Assembly: GCA_963717505.1 (NCBI GenBank)
Contig: OY970342.1
Coordinates: forward strand, 1,664,001 to 1,728,000
Direction: 5' to 3'
DNA: 64,000 bases
Source of the DNA: Candidatus Eiseniibacteriota bacterium
GTDB taxonomy: Bacteria > Eisenbacteria > RBG-16-71-46
Below, piece by piece: positions 1 through 9,751 of this stretch. Below the pieces are notes generated by a model. It saw only the letters and a list, made by a program, of their open reading frames with translations. It was not told where the DNA came from and did not search any database. Within the stretch, counting starts at the first letter, position 1. Every line of letters starts with the position of its first letter. The translations under genes were made by a program, and so were the position numbers.

Positions 1-567
1 GTTCCGGGTCGATTCTCGCTTCTGCTCGCCGGCTGGCGTGGGCCCGCAGGCAACGACCGGGCGTTGCCGGCGATGAACGTGGTGGCGGAGATCCTGGGGG
101 ATCCGGCCGCCGGCCGGCTCCAACGCGAGCTGACCGGACCGGGGAAGCCATTCCTGCAGGTTCGGGCCGCCTACGACGGCCTACGGGCGGCGTCCCTGTT
201 CTACGCGTACGCGATCCCGGCGCCCGGCGTCGAGATGGCATTCGCGGAATCGGCGCTGGTCCGGGTCGTCGAGTCTCTGGCCGCGGAAACCGCCGGCGAC
301 ACCGAGCTCGCGGCCGCTCGCGCGGGGCTCGAGCTGCGTTGGCGTTCTGATCTGCAGACGGTTCGTGGGCGTGCGCTGGCGCTCGGGACCGGCACGCTGA
401 CCGGCGGCGACCCGGAAGCCGCGTGGAAACAAATTCAAGGATTGCAGACGTTGACTCCGGCGGCCGTGCAGCAGGCGGCGCAGAAGTTCCTGATCCCGGG
501 GCGACGCGCGATCGTGACCTTGACGGCCGAGTCGCCGATGCCGGCAGGCGATGGAGAGCAACGATGA
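1..567 (+). CDS. M16 (pitrilysin-like) zinc peptidase family protein, C-terminal part (5' truncated by window)
   Basis: Frame is open from base 1. It has M16 C-terminal-type segments (ILG...GRLQREL; LTPAAVQQAAQKFL) and an ATGA overlap with the next M16 gene. Confidence 0.75.
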   Translation, partial: VPGRFSLLLAGWRGPAGNDRALPAMNVVAEILGDPAAGRLQRELTGPGKPFLQVRAAYDGLRAASLFYAYAIPAPGVEMAFAESALVRVVESLAAETAGDTELAAARAGLELRWRSDLQTVRGRALALGTGTLTGGDPEAAWKQIQGLQTLTPAAVQQAAQKFLIPGRRAIVTLTAESPMPAGDGEQR

Positions 568-2630
568 AGCCGGCGAGAATCCCGGGCCCACTGGCCACGA
601 CACTGCTGCTGGTGGCTCTTGCGGTCGATTCCGGCCACTCGGCAGGAGCGCCGGCCGCGCCCATCGTGCGAACACTCGCGAGCGGTCTCCAAGTCGCGGT
701 CTTGCCGGTCCGGGGCAGCGGCCTGGTGCACGTCGAATTGAGATCCCCGGCCGGCCTGATCAGTCAGCCCCGGGGCCAGGAAGGTGTCGCTCACCTGACC
801 GCGGAGATGCTGCGCCGCGGAACGACGACCCGCGATGCCGCGACGTTCGCGGCCGAGCTGGATCGCACCGGCGGCGAGCTGGTCGCCAGTGTCGGGCGCG
901 ACTTCGCAACGCTGGGCGGAACGTTCTTCGCTCGCGATCTCGGGCAGGCGATCGAGTTGATGAGCGATGCGGTTCGTTTTCCTCGCTTCGATGAAGAACA
1001 GCTGCGCGGCGCGATGCGGGGCGCGATCCGCCAACTCGCGTTCCAGGAGCAGCCGGCGCCGGCGGCGGACGCCCAGGTGTTGCGTTCGCTGTTCAACGAT
1101 CATCCCTACGCGCAGCCGGTCGTCGGCCAGCCCGAAGCCCTGCTGCGGCTGACCCGGGACCAGGTGGCTGCCTTCCATGTCGCGCGCTGGTCGCTCTCGG
1201 GTTGCGTATTGATGGTCGCTGGCGATGTCGACGCCGAACCGGCCTTTTCGGCGGCCGAAACCTGGTTCGGCGCCGCGCAGGCGGGGGCCGACCCGCTGCC
1301 GTCTCGAAGCCCCGTGGGTCCGCCGTCCGGTACTCGAGTCGTTATCGTCGACCGGGCAATCCCGCGCGCCGAGATCCGGATTGCGTGGTTGGCTCCCGCG
1401 CGCGGTGCTGCGGAGGAGCCGGCCATGCTGATCGCCAACGCTCTGTACGGGGGGCCACCCGCCGCTCGCCCGGACGGAGAACGGCTGCGGTTCGGCCGCG
1501 AGCTGCGCACCGGGTATCTCAACCTGCGCGACGCTGGAGTCTTCACGGTCGCCGCGACCGCCCCGTTCGGATCGGCGAGCGAGGCCGTGAACCTGCTGCT
1601 GCGCGACGCCTCGGCGCTACATCGCATCAGCCCCGGCCCGGATTTCGAACAGGCCCGCCGCATGCTCCGGCAATCGCTGCCCCTCCAGCACGAGACGCTG
1701 GCTCAAGTGGCCGCCTCGTGGCTGGCCGCCCACTTCTACGGTCAGCCCACGGATATCGTCGCTCACTACCGGGCGCAACTGGATGGGGTCACCGCCGAGA
1801 CGGTCGGCGAGGCCGCGGCACGCTGGCTCGATCCGGCGCGCGCGGTGATCGTGGTGGTCGGGCCCGCGGTCGACCTCGAGGCGGCACTCCGCCACTTCGG
1901 TCCGGTCGAGGTCCTGCGTCCCAGCGCGACCGCGCCGTCCCCGCCGGTCGCGGAACCGAGTGCAGCGGATCAGACCCGCGGGCGCCAGCTCGTGGCGAAG
2001 GCGATTCGCGCTCACGGCGGCGCCTCGCGGCTCTCGAAGATCCGCGATTCATGGATCGACGCCGACATCACGCTCAATGTCGGGGGCCAGCGTATGGAAG
2101 GGACGATGACCCAGGTGCGCCGCGAGCCGTTCCAGATGGTGATGGTGACCGAGGTCGGCGGGGTCGCGTCGCGCCAAACGCTCGCCGGCCAGCGCGGGTG
2201 GCGCATCGCGACCGACGACTCCGTGGCCAGCGACCTCGACAGCCTGGCCGTGTCCGGACTGCGCGCCGGATTCACCGCCGATCTGCCCCACCTGCTCCTG
2301 GCCGGTCAGGATTCCCGTTCCCGCGTCTACTCGGCGGGCAGCGAGCCCTGGGGGGGCGTTGACGCTCTGGCGGTGGTGGTAGAGGCTCCCGGCGAGCCCT
2401 CGCGCACGCTCTACTTCCATCCGGAATCCGGCGGCCTGCTCGGGTTCGATCAGGGCGAGATCACGGGCGCCGTGGTGCGGCGGCGCTACAGCGATCTGCG
2501 AACCGTGTCGGACATCCTGTGGCCGCATCGCGAAGAGCGACAACTCGAAGGTGAGACCATGATGACGGTTCGCGTCCGTTCGGTGAGAATCAACACCAAG
2601 CCGGCGGACGATTTGTTCGCGAAGCCCTGA
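564..2630 (+). CDS. M16 peptidase family protein, probably the non-catalytic subunit, with signal peptide and an extra C-terminal domain
   Basis: TLASGLQV...GVAHLTAEMLRRGT (HxxEH is absent), HPYAQPVVG and VLMVAGDV motifs. ATG at 564 overlaps the upstream stop. Confidence 0.8.
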   Translation: MKPARIPGPLATTLLLVALAVDSGHSAGAPAAPIVRTLASGLQVAVLPVRGSGLVHVELRSPAGLISQPRGQEGVAHLTAEMLRRGTTTRDAATFAAELDRTGGELVASVGRDFATLGGTFFARDLGQAIELMSDAVRFPRFDEEQLRGAMRGAIRQLAFQEQPAPAADAQVLRSLFNDHPYAQPVVGQPEALLRLTRDQVAAFHVARWSLSGCVLMVAGDVDAEPAFSAAETWFGAAQAGADPLPSRSPVGPPSGTRVVIVDRAIPRAEIRIAWLAPARGAAEEPAMLIANALYGGPPAARPDGERLRFGRELRTGYLNLRDAGVFTVAATAPFGSASEAVNLLLRDASALHRISPGPDFEQARRMLRQSLPLQHETLAQVAASWLAAHFYGQPTDIVAHYRAQLDGVTAETVGEAAARWLDPARAVIVVVGPAVDLEAALRHFGPVEVLRPSATAPSPPVAEPSAADQTRGRQLVAKAIRAHGGASRLSKIRDSWIDADITLNVGGQRMEGTMTQVRREPFQMVMVTEVGGVASRQTLAGQRGWRIATDDSVASDLDSLAVSGLRAGFTADLPHLLLAGQDSRSRVYSAGSEPWGGVDALAVVVEAPGEPSRTLYFHPESGGLLGFDQGEITGAVVRRRYSDLRTVSDILWPHREERQLEGETMMTVRVRSVRINTKPADDLFAKP

Positions 2631-2694
2631 GTCCTCGAAGGTGTCGCGGCGCGAGTGGCGCCGCACTGCCGGAGCGCCGGGAGACCGCCGTTCC

Positions 2695-5586
2695 ATGGAG
2701 AACGCCGTGACCGAGACGACGACGATGCCGGCGGCCGAAAAGTCCCAGACGGCCGCGACCCCGTGGATCTACTTCTTCGGCGACGGGGGCGCGGAAGGTG
2801 GGGCGAACCTGCGCGACCTGCTGGGCGGCAAGGGCGCCGGGCTCGCGGAAATGACCAACGCCGGCGTGCCGGTCCCCCCGGGCTTCACGATCACGACCGA
2901 GGTCTGTCGCTGGTACTACCGCCACGACCGGCAGCTGCCGCCCGACTTTCGCGGCCAGCAGACCGCGGCACTCGAGCGCCTCGAGCGCGTGATGGGGCGC
3001 AAGCTCGGCGAGGCCAAGCATCCGCTGCTGGTTTCCGTGCGCTCGGGCGCCAAGTTCTCGATGCCGGGCATGATGGACACCATTCTGAACCTGGGGCTCA
3101 ACGACGCCTCGGTCGCCGGGCTCGCCCGAGCCACCGGCAACGAGCGGTTCGCGTGGGATTGCTACCGCCGCTTCATCCAGATGTTCGCGGCGGTGGTCCT
3201 CGATTTCGAGAAGCGCGAGTTCGAGCACGCGATCGAGAAACTCAAGCAGCGGCGGCGCGTGCGGCTCGACACCGAGCTCGACACCGCCGACTTGAAGTCG
3301 CTGGTCGCCCGGTTCAAGCAGCTGGTCCGGCAGCGGTCGGGGGCCGACTTCCCCCAGGACCCGATCGAACAACTCGCGCGCGCTCGTGACGCTGTGTTCC
3401 GTTCGTGGAACAACGATCGCGCGGTGTACTACCGGCGCCAGAACCGGATCCCCGACGATCTCGGCACGGCGGTCAACGTCCAGGCCATGGTGTTCGGCAA
3501 CCTGGGCGAAACCTCGGGCACCGGGGTCGGGTTCACGCGTAACCCGTCGACCGGCGAGAACCACTTCTATGGCGAATACCTGACCAACGCCCAGGGCGAG
3601 GACGTGGTCGCCGGCGTGCGCACGCCGCAGCCGATTGAAACCCTGGCGGCGGCAATGCCCGACGTCTACCGGCAGCTCCACGACATCACCAAGCGCCTCG
3701 AGCGCCACTACCGCGACATCCAGGACTTCGAGTTCACGATCCAGGAGGGACGGCTGTTCCTGCTGCAGACGCGCACCGGCAAGCGCACGGCCCAGGCGGC
3801 GGTGCGAATCGCGGTCGAAATGGTCAAGGAAGGCCTGATCAGCGCCGACGAAGCCGTGCTCCGGGTCGAGCCCGCGAGCCTCGACCAGTTGCTGCACCCG
3901 CGCTTCGATCCCAAGGCGCGCACGACCGTGGTCGCCGCCGGGCTCGCCGCGTCTCCGGGTGCGGCGGTCGGTCGCGCCGTGTTCGACGCCGACACCGCTG
4001 CCGAGCGGGGACCGCGCGAACCGGTGATCCTGGTGCGCAAGGAGACCACGCCCGACGACATCCACGGCATGGACGCGGCACGCGGCATCCTGACGTCGAC
4101 CGGTGGACTCACCAGCCACGCCGCGGTGGTCGCGCGCGGCATGGGTAAGCCGTGCGTGTGCGGTGCTGCCGAGGTCCAGGTTCAGGAGCACGCGCGGGCG
4201 TGCACGATCGGCGGACAGTCGGTGCGCGAAGGCGACTGGATCGCGATCGATGGCTCGACCGGCAAAGTCATGCTCGGGCAGGTGCCGACCATCGAGGCCA
4301 AGGTCAGCGGCGAGTTCGGTGAATTCATGGCCCTCGCCGACCGCGTCCGGCGGCTCAAAGTGCGAACCAATGCCGATACGCCGAAGGACGCTCGGAAGGC
4401 GATCGAGTTCGGCGCCGAGGGCATTGGGCTCTGCCGTTCGGAGCACATGTTCTTCGGCGAGGAACGGGTGCCGGTGGTGGTGCGCATGATCCTGCTGGCG
4501 CCCGAGATCAAGGCCGGCCGGGCTCGACTGGCGACACTCGAACGGTCGCTGGCCGAGGAAACGCAACCGGCCGCTCAGCGCCGCGTGCGCGCCGAATTCG
4601 TCGCGGCCAAGCGCGCCCTGGCGAAGCCGGCGGCCGAGTATCGGGCGGTCATCGCCAAGCTCGAACGGATGCAGCGGGCCGACTACCGGGGGATCTTCAA
4701 GGCCATGGACGGCTACCCGGTCACCATTCGCACGCTCGATCCGCCGCTCCACGAGTTCCTGCCCAAGCGCGAGCAGCTGATGCTCGACCTGGTGCGGCTG
4801 CCGCGCGCGACGGCGGTCCAGAAGAAGGCGATGGCCCGGCAATACCGTATGCCGGTGGCGCGCCTGCGCACCGGACTGCCGGTGCTGCTCCAGCGCGTCG
4901 AGGAACTGCACGAATTCAACCCGATGCTCGGACATCGCGGCTGCCGGCTCGGCATCACGTATCCCGAGATCACCGACATGCAGGTGCGCGCCATCTTCGA
5001 GGCCGCGTGTGACGCCGCCGGTCAGGGCGCGCGCGTGCTGCCCGAGATCATGATCCCGTTGGTCGGCATGGTGGAGGAGCTGCGCGACCAGGCGGCTCGC
5101 GTGCGCGAGGTCGCCGAAGCGGTGCTGGCGAAGCGCGGCCAGCGCGTCGAGTACCTGGTCGGTACGATGATCGAGGTGCCGCGCGCCGCGATCACCGCGG
5201 ACCGCATCGCGGTTGAAGCCGAGTTCTTCTCGTTCGGCACCAACGACCTGACCCAGATGACTCTCGGATTCTCGCGTGACGACGCGGGGCGCTTCCTGCC
5301 GGAGTACGTCGAGCGCAAGATCCTGCCCAGCGACCCGTTCGTCTCGATCGATGCTCCCGGGGTCGGCGTGCTGATGCAGTGGGCGGTCGAACGTGGCCGC
5401 GGCGCGCGGCCCGGTCTCAAGATCGGCATCTGCGGCGAACACGGCGGCGACCCGGCGAGCGTCGAGCTCTGTCACGAGCTGGGACTCGACTACGTGTCGT
5501 GCTCGCCGTACCGCGTGCCGATCGCACGCCTGGCGGCCGCCCAGGTCGCCGTGCGCGGCAAAGCGGCGGGCAGCGACCAGCGGTGA
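2695..5586 (+). CDS. ppdK: pyruvate, phosphate dikinase
   Basis: LLGGKGAGLAEM, PLLVSVRSGA, SMPGMMDTILNLG, GGLTSHAAVVARG (catalytic His), SFGTNDLTQ and GICGEHGGDP. Start could be 2695, 2707 or 2725. Confidence 0.97.
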   Translation: MENAVTETTTMPAAEKSQTAATPWIYFFGDGGAEGGANLRDLLGGKGAGLAEMTNAGVPVPPGFTITTEVCRWYYRHDRQLPPDFRGQQTAALERLERVMGRKLGEAKHPLLVSVRSGAKFSMPGMMDTILNLGLNDASVAGLARATGNERFAWDCYRRFIQMFAAVVLDFEKREFEHAIEKLKQRRRVRLDTELDTADLKSLVARFKQLVRQRSGADFPQDPIEQLARARDAVFRSWNNDRAVYYRRQNRIPDDLGTAVNVQAMVFGNLGETSGTGVGFTRNPSTGENHFYGEYLTNAQGEDVVAGVRTPQPIETLAAAMPDVYRQLHDITKRLERHYRDIQDFEFTIQEGRLFLLQTRTGKRTAQAAVRIAVEMVKEGLISADEAVLRVEPASLDQLLHPRFDPKARTTVVAAGLAASPGAAVGRAVFDADTAAERGPREPVILVRKETTPDDIHGMDAARGILTSTGGLTSHAAVVARGMGKPCVCGAAEVQVQEHARACTIGGQSVREGDWIAIDGSTGKVMLGQVPTIEAKVSGEFGEFMALADRVRRLKVRTNADTPKDARKAIEFGAEGIGLCRSEHMFFGEERVPVVVRMILLAPEIKAGRARLATLERSLAEETQPAAQRRVRAEFVAAKRALAKPAAEYRAVIAKLERMQRADYRGIFKAMDGYPVTIRTLDPPLHEFLPKREQLMLDLVRLPRATAVQKKAMARQYRMPVARLRTGLPVLLQRVEELHEFNPMLGHRGCRLGITYPEITDMQVRAIFEAACDAAGQGARVLPEIMIPLVGMVEELRDQAARVREVAEAVLAKRGQRVEYLVGTMIEVPRAAITADRIAVEAEFFSFGTNDLTQMTLGFSRDDAGRFLPEYVERKILPSDPFVSIDAPGVGVLMQWAVERGRGARPGLKIGICGEHGGDPASVELCHELGLDYVSCSPYRVPIARLAAAQVAVRGKAAGSDQR

Positions 5587-6380
5587 CCGGCGTGGTCCCG
5601 CGGGCGCCCCGGGCCCCGCAGGACCTCGCGCGCGAAGGCGAGCGCGCCTCCGGATCGTCGACTCGAGACGATGGCGCGCTGTCGGTCGCGGTCCTGATCC
5701 CCGCGCTCGACGAAGAGGCCGCGTTGCCGCAGGTGATCGCGTCGCTGCCGCGCTCGGGCGCGGGTTTCTGGCTGCGCGAGATCGTCGTCGCCGACAATGC
5801 ATCGGCCGATCGCACCGCCGCGGTGGCGCGCGCGGCGGGGGCGACGGTGGTTCACGAGGCGCGGCGCGGCTACGGTGCCGCCTGCCTGGCCGCGATCGCT
5901 CACCTCGAACGCGATCCGCCGGCGATCGTCGCGTTTCTCGACGCCGACGGCAGCAGCGATCCCGCCGAGCTGCCGTCGGTGCTCGCTCCGATCCTCGAGG
6001 GGAGGGCCGACCTGGTGGTCGGATCCCGAGTCCTCGGAACATCCGAGCCGGGATCGCTCACGCACGTCCAGCGCTTCGGCAACCGGCTGGCGTCGTCTCT
6101 GCTGCGCGTGCTGTTCGGCGGCGATTCCACCGACCTCGGCCCGTTTCGCGCGCTGCGCTGGCAATCCCTGGCCGGGCTGGGCATGCGCGACCGTGATTAC
6201 GGCTGGACGGTCGAGATGCAAGCGCGCGCGATGCGCGCACGGTGGAACTGCGTCGAGGTGCCGGTCGAATGGCGGCGACGCCAGGGCGGCACGTCGAAGG
6301 TCTCAGGCACGTGGCGCGGCGCCGTGGGAGCCGGAACCAAGATTCTGTGGACGATCGCCCGCGTCCGCCTGGGTGGATGA
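5583..6380 (+). CDS. glycosyltransferase family 2 protein
   Basis: VLIPALDEE, VVADNASADRT, GYGAAC and FLDADGS (DxD) motifs. GTG start overlaps the ppdK stop. Confidence 0.9.
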   Translation: MTGVVPRAPRAPQDLAREGERASGSSTRDDGALSVAVLIPALDEEAALPQVIASLPRSGAGFWLREIVVADNASADRTAAVARAAGATVVHEARRGYGAACLAAIAHLERDPPAIVAFLDADGSSDPAELPSVLAPILEGRADLVVGSRVLGTSEPGSLTHVQRFGNRLASSLLRVLFGGDSTDLGPFRALRWQSLAGLGMRDRDYGWTVEMQARAMRARWNCVEVPVEWRRRQGGTSKVSGTWRGAVGAGTKILWTIARVRLGG

Positions 6381-6390
6381 GCGGCGCCGA

Positions 6391-8694
6391 CTACTCCCAG
6401 CGGACGGAAACCGGCAGCGAACCGAACACGACTTCCGCGCGCCCGATTCCTGGCGGCGCCAGCACGATATCGGGTCGCGAACCCGGCAGGAGCGGCCGCG
6501 GCAGCGGCCCGCGCGGGACCGTGCCCGGGGGCAAGGTCAGCGCAGTCCACACCGGCACCGGCGTCCAGCGCCATTCGGCGCGTCCGCCGCGAATTCGGAA
6601 TTCGAGATCCAGGTTACCCCAGCGGGTCGGCAGCCCGCGGGCGCGCGCCCCGTTCCACCAGGCGCTCCGTGCGCCCGCGGTCAGCAACAGCGTGTCGGCC
6701 TCGTCGAACACCAGGCTGTTTCGCGCCAGCGTCAGGAGTGCTGCCGCCGACGTCGGATGCGGCGGCAGGTTGATGCCGAAGTCGCCGTCACGCGTGAACA
6801 GCTCGGCCCCCGCGCCGCTGGCGTTGCGCCAATAAACCAGCGAGTCGAGCACGCGCTCGGCGTCGTCGCGGCGACCGACCATCAATGCCCAGGAGCCGAG
6901 GTCGGCGGCGACGTAGCCGTGGTGGAGCGATTGCGTTCCGTAGAAGCCGAGGCCGACGCCGCCGGCGGCCGCCCAATAGCGCTCGGCCAGTGCCGCGATC
7001 CTCGGGTCGTTCGCGGGCAGGACCCGACAGGGATATCCGACCGCCAGATTCCCCCATTCCAACCCGGTGCCGCTCCACGAAGGGGGCACGTCGGCATGCC
7101 CGAGAACCGCGAGTGCTAAGGCGAACGTGGTGCGATAGCTCGCGAGCCGAAGGCGAACGTCGGCCGCGTCCTCGCGCCGGCCCGCGGCTTCCAGCAGGGC
7201 GGCGGCCGCGCGGTACCCGGCGATCGCCCAGGCGTCGGTTCCCACCAGCTGACCGCGAACCAGCTCGTTGTCCTTGGGATCGGCGGCGGGCATCAGATCA
7301 GCGACCGTGCCGTCGGCCCCGATCGCAGGGCCGCCGTCGCCGTTCCAGGAAGCTGTCGCGGACACAAGTTCCGTGCTGCGCGCCCGCTGCCGCTCGCACC
7401 ACGCGACCGCGCGCGCGGCGGCTTCCGCGTAGTAGCCGACACCGTGGTCGGGGCGGGGCCGCAGGAAGGCTTGTTCGTAGGCCCACAGCGCCTGCCCGGT
7501 GCCGTCGAGCTGCGCCTTCTGGCTGACGAAGGGACCGTGCGGCCACTGCCATTCGTCGAAGGCCGAAACCAGCTCGCGCGCTTCGCGCACGTATCCGTGA
7601 AGGGTCAACGCCTGCACGGCGCGCGCGGCGTCGCGCAAATAGACATCGCGGTAGTGAAAGGGGCCGCCGATCGGCAGCCAGCGTCCATCGCGACGCTCCC
7701 TGCAGCTCAGCAACACGACGCGGGCCGCACGGATCGCCGACTCGACCTGCGGATCGCCGAGCTCGAAGCTCGCACCGCGAGCGACTTCGGCGATCCAATA
7801 GGCGCGTGTCTCCTGAACTCGAATCACGTGCGGCACGGCGGCCCAGCGCTCGAGCTCGGCAGGGTGGGTCGGATACGCCGGAAGGACGAAGCGCGCGACC
7901 CGGGTTTCTCCCGGTCCGAGCACCCACGCGGTCTCCGCGCGCGTCCTGCGCGCCGGCAATTCGCTCCAGCCGAGGACGCTGTCGGCCGACTCGGAGCCCG
8001 GGACGTCGCGGGCGCTGGTCCAGCCCACGGCCGGGGTGCGCCCGTCGGAATCCAGCGCCACGAACGGTACGACGCCGTCGGCGGGCACCAACGTCAGCCC
8101 GAGTCGCGTGGCGTGCATGCCGCGCCCGTGGTGCGTGACCCGAACCTCGAGGCTCACGAACAGGTTCCGTCGATCCTGGATTCGAGGCTCCTGTGTGCGA
8201 GCGGCTCGCACCACCAGCCGATCGACTCGATCCTGGCCGAGGCTGTTGACGAGTGCTTCGCGCTCGCGGCGGGCGCGCGCGTCGATCTGCGCGTTCACTG
8301 CGCGGGTGATCGGTCGAGTGAGGTCTTCGGTCCACGACCCGGGTCCGGGCAGGGCGACGGCCTCGAAATCGAATCGCACCTGCCCTGCGAACCGCGTCCA
8401 GCGCGCGACCGGAAGCCAGCGATCCTCGAAGGCGATCGCGCGTGGGGGCGAGGCCTCGAGCCCGTCGGAAGAAGCTTCGATCCGTGTCCACCACTCGCCG
8501 TTGAACAGATGGCCTCCCGAGCTGACCAGAATGCTCCGGGTCGCGAGCGGGTGAGCCAGGGCCGCGGTGGGCAGGCGGAAAGCGTCGGGAACCGCGTCGG
8601 GACTGAAGTCGCTCGGTGGCGGCGGCATGGCCGAACACCCGGCAATCAGGGTCATCGCCAGGACCGAGACGAGCAAAAGCGGGAAAGGATGCAT
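6391..8694 (-). CDS. putative lipoprotein with six-hairpin glycoside hydrolase-like C-terminal domain
   Basis: Lipobox LIAGC; GPFHYRDVYLRDA and QLDGTGQALW segments; C-terminal GLPTRWGNL typical of (alpha/alpha)6 glycosidases. Family is uncertain. Confidence 0.6.
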   Translation of the reverse strand: MHPFPLLLVSVLAMTLIAGCSAMPPPPSDFSPDAVPDAFRLPTAALAHPLATRSILVSSGGHLFNGEWWTRIEASSDGLEASPPRAIAFEDRWLPVARWTRFAGQVRFDFEAVALPGPGSWTEDLTRPITRAVNAQIDARARREREALVNSLGQDRVDRLVVRAARTQEPRIQDRRNLFVSLEVRVTHHGRGMHATRLGLTLVPADGVVPFVALDSDGRTPAVGWTSARDVPGSESADSVLGWSELPARRTRAETAWVLGPGETRVARFVLPAYPTHPAELERWAAVPHVIRVQETRAYWIAEVARGASFELGDPQVESAIRAARVVLLSCRERRDGRWLPIGGPFHYRDVYLRDAARAVQALTLHGYVREARELVSAFDEWQWPHGPFVSQKAQLDGTGQALWAYEQAFLRPRPDHGVGYYAEAAARAVAWCERQRARSTELVSATASWNGDGGPAIGADGTVADLMPAADPKDNELVRGQLVGTDAWAIAGYRAAAALLEAAGRREDAADVRLRLASYRTTFALALAVLGHADVPPSWSGTGLEWGNLAVGYPCRVLPANDPRIAALAERYWAAAGGVGLGFYGTQSLHHGYVAADLGSWALMVGRRDDAERVLDSLVYWRNASGAGAELFTRDGDFGINLPPHPTSAAALLTLARNSLVFDEADTLLLTAGARSAWWNGARARGLPTRWGNLDLEFRIRGGRAEWRWTPVPVWTALTLPPGTVPRGPLPRPLLPGSRPDIVLAPPGIGRAEVVFGSLPVSVRWE

Positions 8695-8787
8695 GGCCCT
8701 GGGGTTATCGGCGGTTGCCGGTCCCGGGTCGCGCCCTTATCTTGGATCGTTCTGCGTGGCACCGTTTCGTTCCGTGGGGGAGTCGGA

Positions 8788-9702
8788 ATGTTCGTCGAGG
8801 AGCACCTGGAGGAGCTTCGACGGGAGCGGTTCGCCCCGCTCGCGATAGTCCGCTACCTGCAACGGGTCGCCCGGCACGCGCGCGAGCACATGGTGGCCCA
8901 TCCCGGTGCGATCCGGTCGGTGTGGAGCCTCGCGCTGGGCTTCTTCGCGGCGGCGTTCCTGGCTGCGGCGGCCATGGCGCTGACCGACGACCGGTGGCTG
9001 GCGTACGAGTTCTTCCTGCACACGTCGCTTTGGATCCTGGTCGCATTCGGACTGGTGACGCTCTACATCGGGTTGCTTCGCGATCTCGACGGCTACTCCC
9101 TGTCGGCGATCAACGTGCCGATCGCTTTGTCACTGCTTCGGGTCACGATGGTGCCGGGGATCGTCCTCCTGCTGCTCGACCATCGCTTTGCACTCGCCAC
9201 CGCCGCCTTTGGGTTCGCCGCGCTGACCGACGTCGCCGACGGCTGGTTCGCCCGCCGCTTCGGGCAGATCACGCGGCTCGGCACCGTCCTCGATCCGATC
9301 GTGGACGTCGTGTTCAACCTGGGAGTGATCGGCGGACTGTGGTTCGCCGGCCTGGTCGGTCCGATCGTGTTTGCGGTTGCTGCCGTGCGCTACGCGCTGT
9401 TGCTGGTCGGGGGGGCCTGCCTCTACCTGTTCGTCGGCCCGGTGCGCATTCAGCCCACCTGGTTCGGCCGGCTGACCGGCGTGGTGGTCTCGGCGCTGAT
9501 CGGATTTCTGATCCTGCTGCACGCGTCCCCGGGTGCGTGGTCGTCGGCCCTGATGCCGCTCACCCGGATCGCGCTCGGCGTGCTTCTCGCCGCGACCGTC
9601 GCGCATGTGGTCGCACTCGGCTGGTACAACCTCAAGATCATGACCGGCCAGGCGACGCGGCGGGTCGTGGACGAGGTGCGCTGGGGCAGCGGATCGCGCT
9701 AA
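8788..9702 (+). CDS. CDP-alcohol phosphatidyltransferase family protein
   Basis: Signature TDVADGWFARRFGQITRLGTVLDPIVD, multiple TM helices, and SD-like GGGAG before ATG 8788. Confidence 0.9.
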   Translation: MFVEEHLEELRRERFAPLAIVRYLQRVARHAREHMVAHPGAIRSVWSLALGFFAAAFLAAAAMALTDDRWLAYEFFLHTSLWILVAFGLVTLYIGLLRDLDGYSLSAINVPIALSLLRVTMVPGIVLLLLDHRFALATAAFGFAALTDVADGWFARRFGQITRLGTVLDPIVDVVFNLGVIGGLWFAGLVGPIVFAVAAVRYALLLVGGACLYLFVGPVRIQPTWFGRLTGVVVSALIGFLILLHASPGAWSSALMPLTRIALGVLLAATVAHVVALGWYNLKIMTGQATRRVVDEVRWGSGSR

Positions 9703-9751
9703 GGTTCGCGTTTCCCGCCGCCGTGTCGTGCCACCACCCTCCGCGCGAGCG

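Noticed and set aside
2590-6042. 1150-aa antisense ORF, and similar long overlapping ORFs such as 9130-11418, 11566-14064, 45479-47182 and 47497-49404
   Set aside because: These are shadow frames of real genes in high-GC DNA. They are Arg/Pro/Ala-rich, show no motifs and lie opposite well-supported CDSs.
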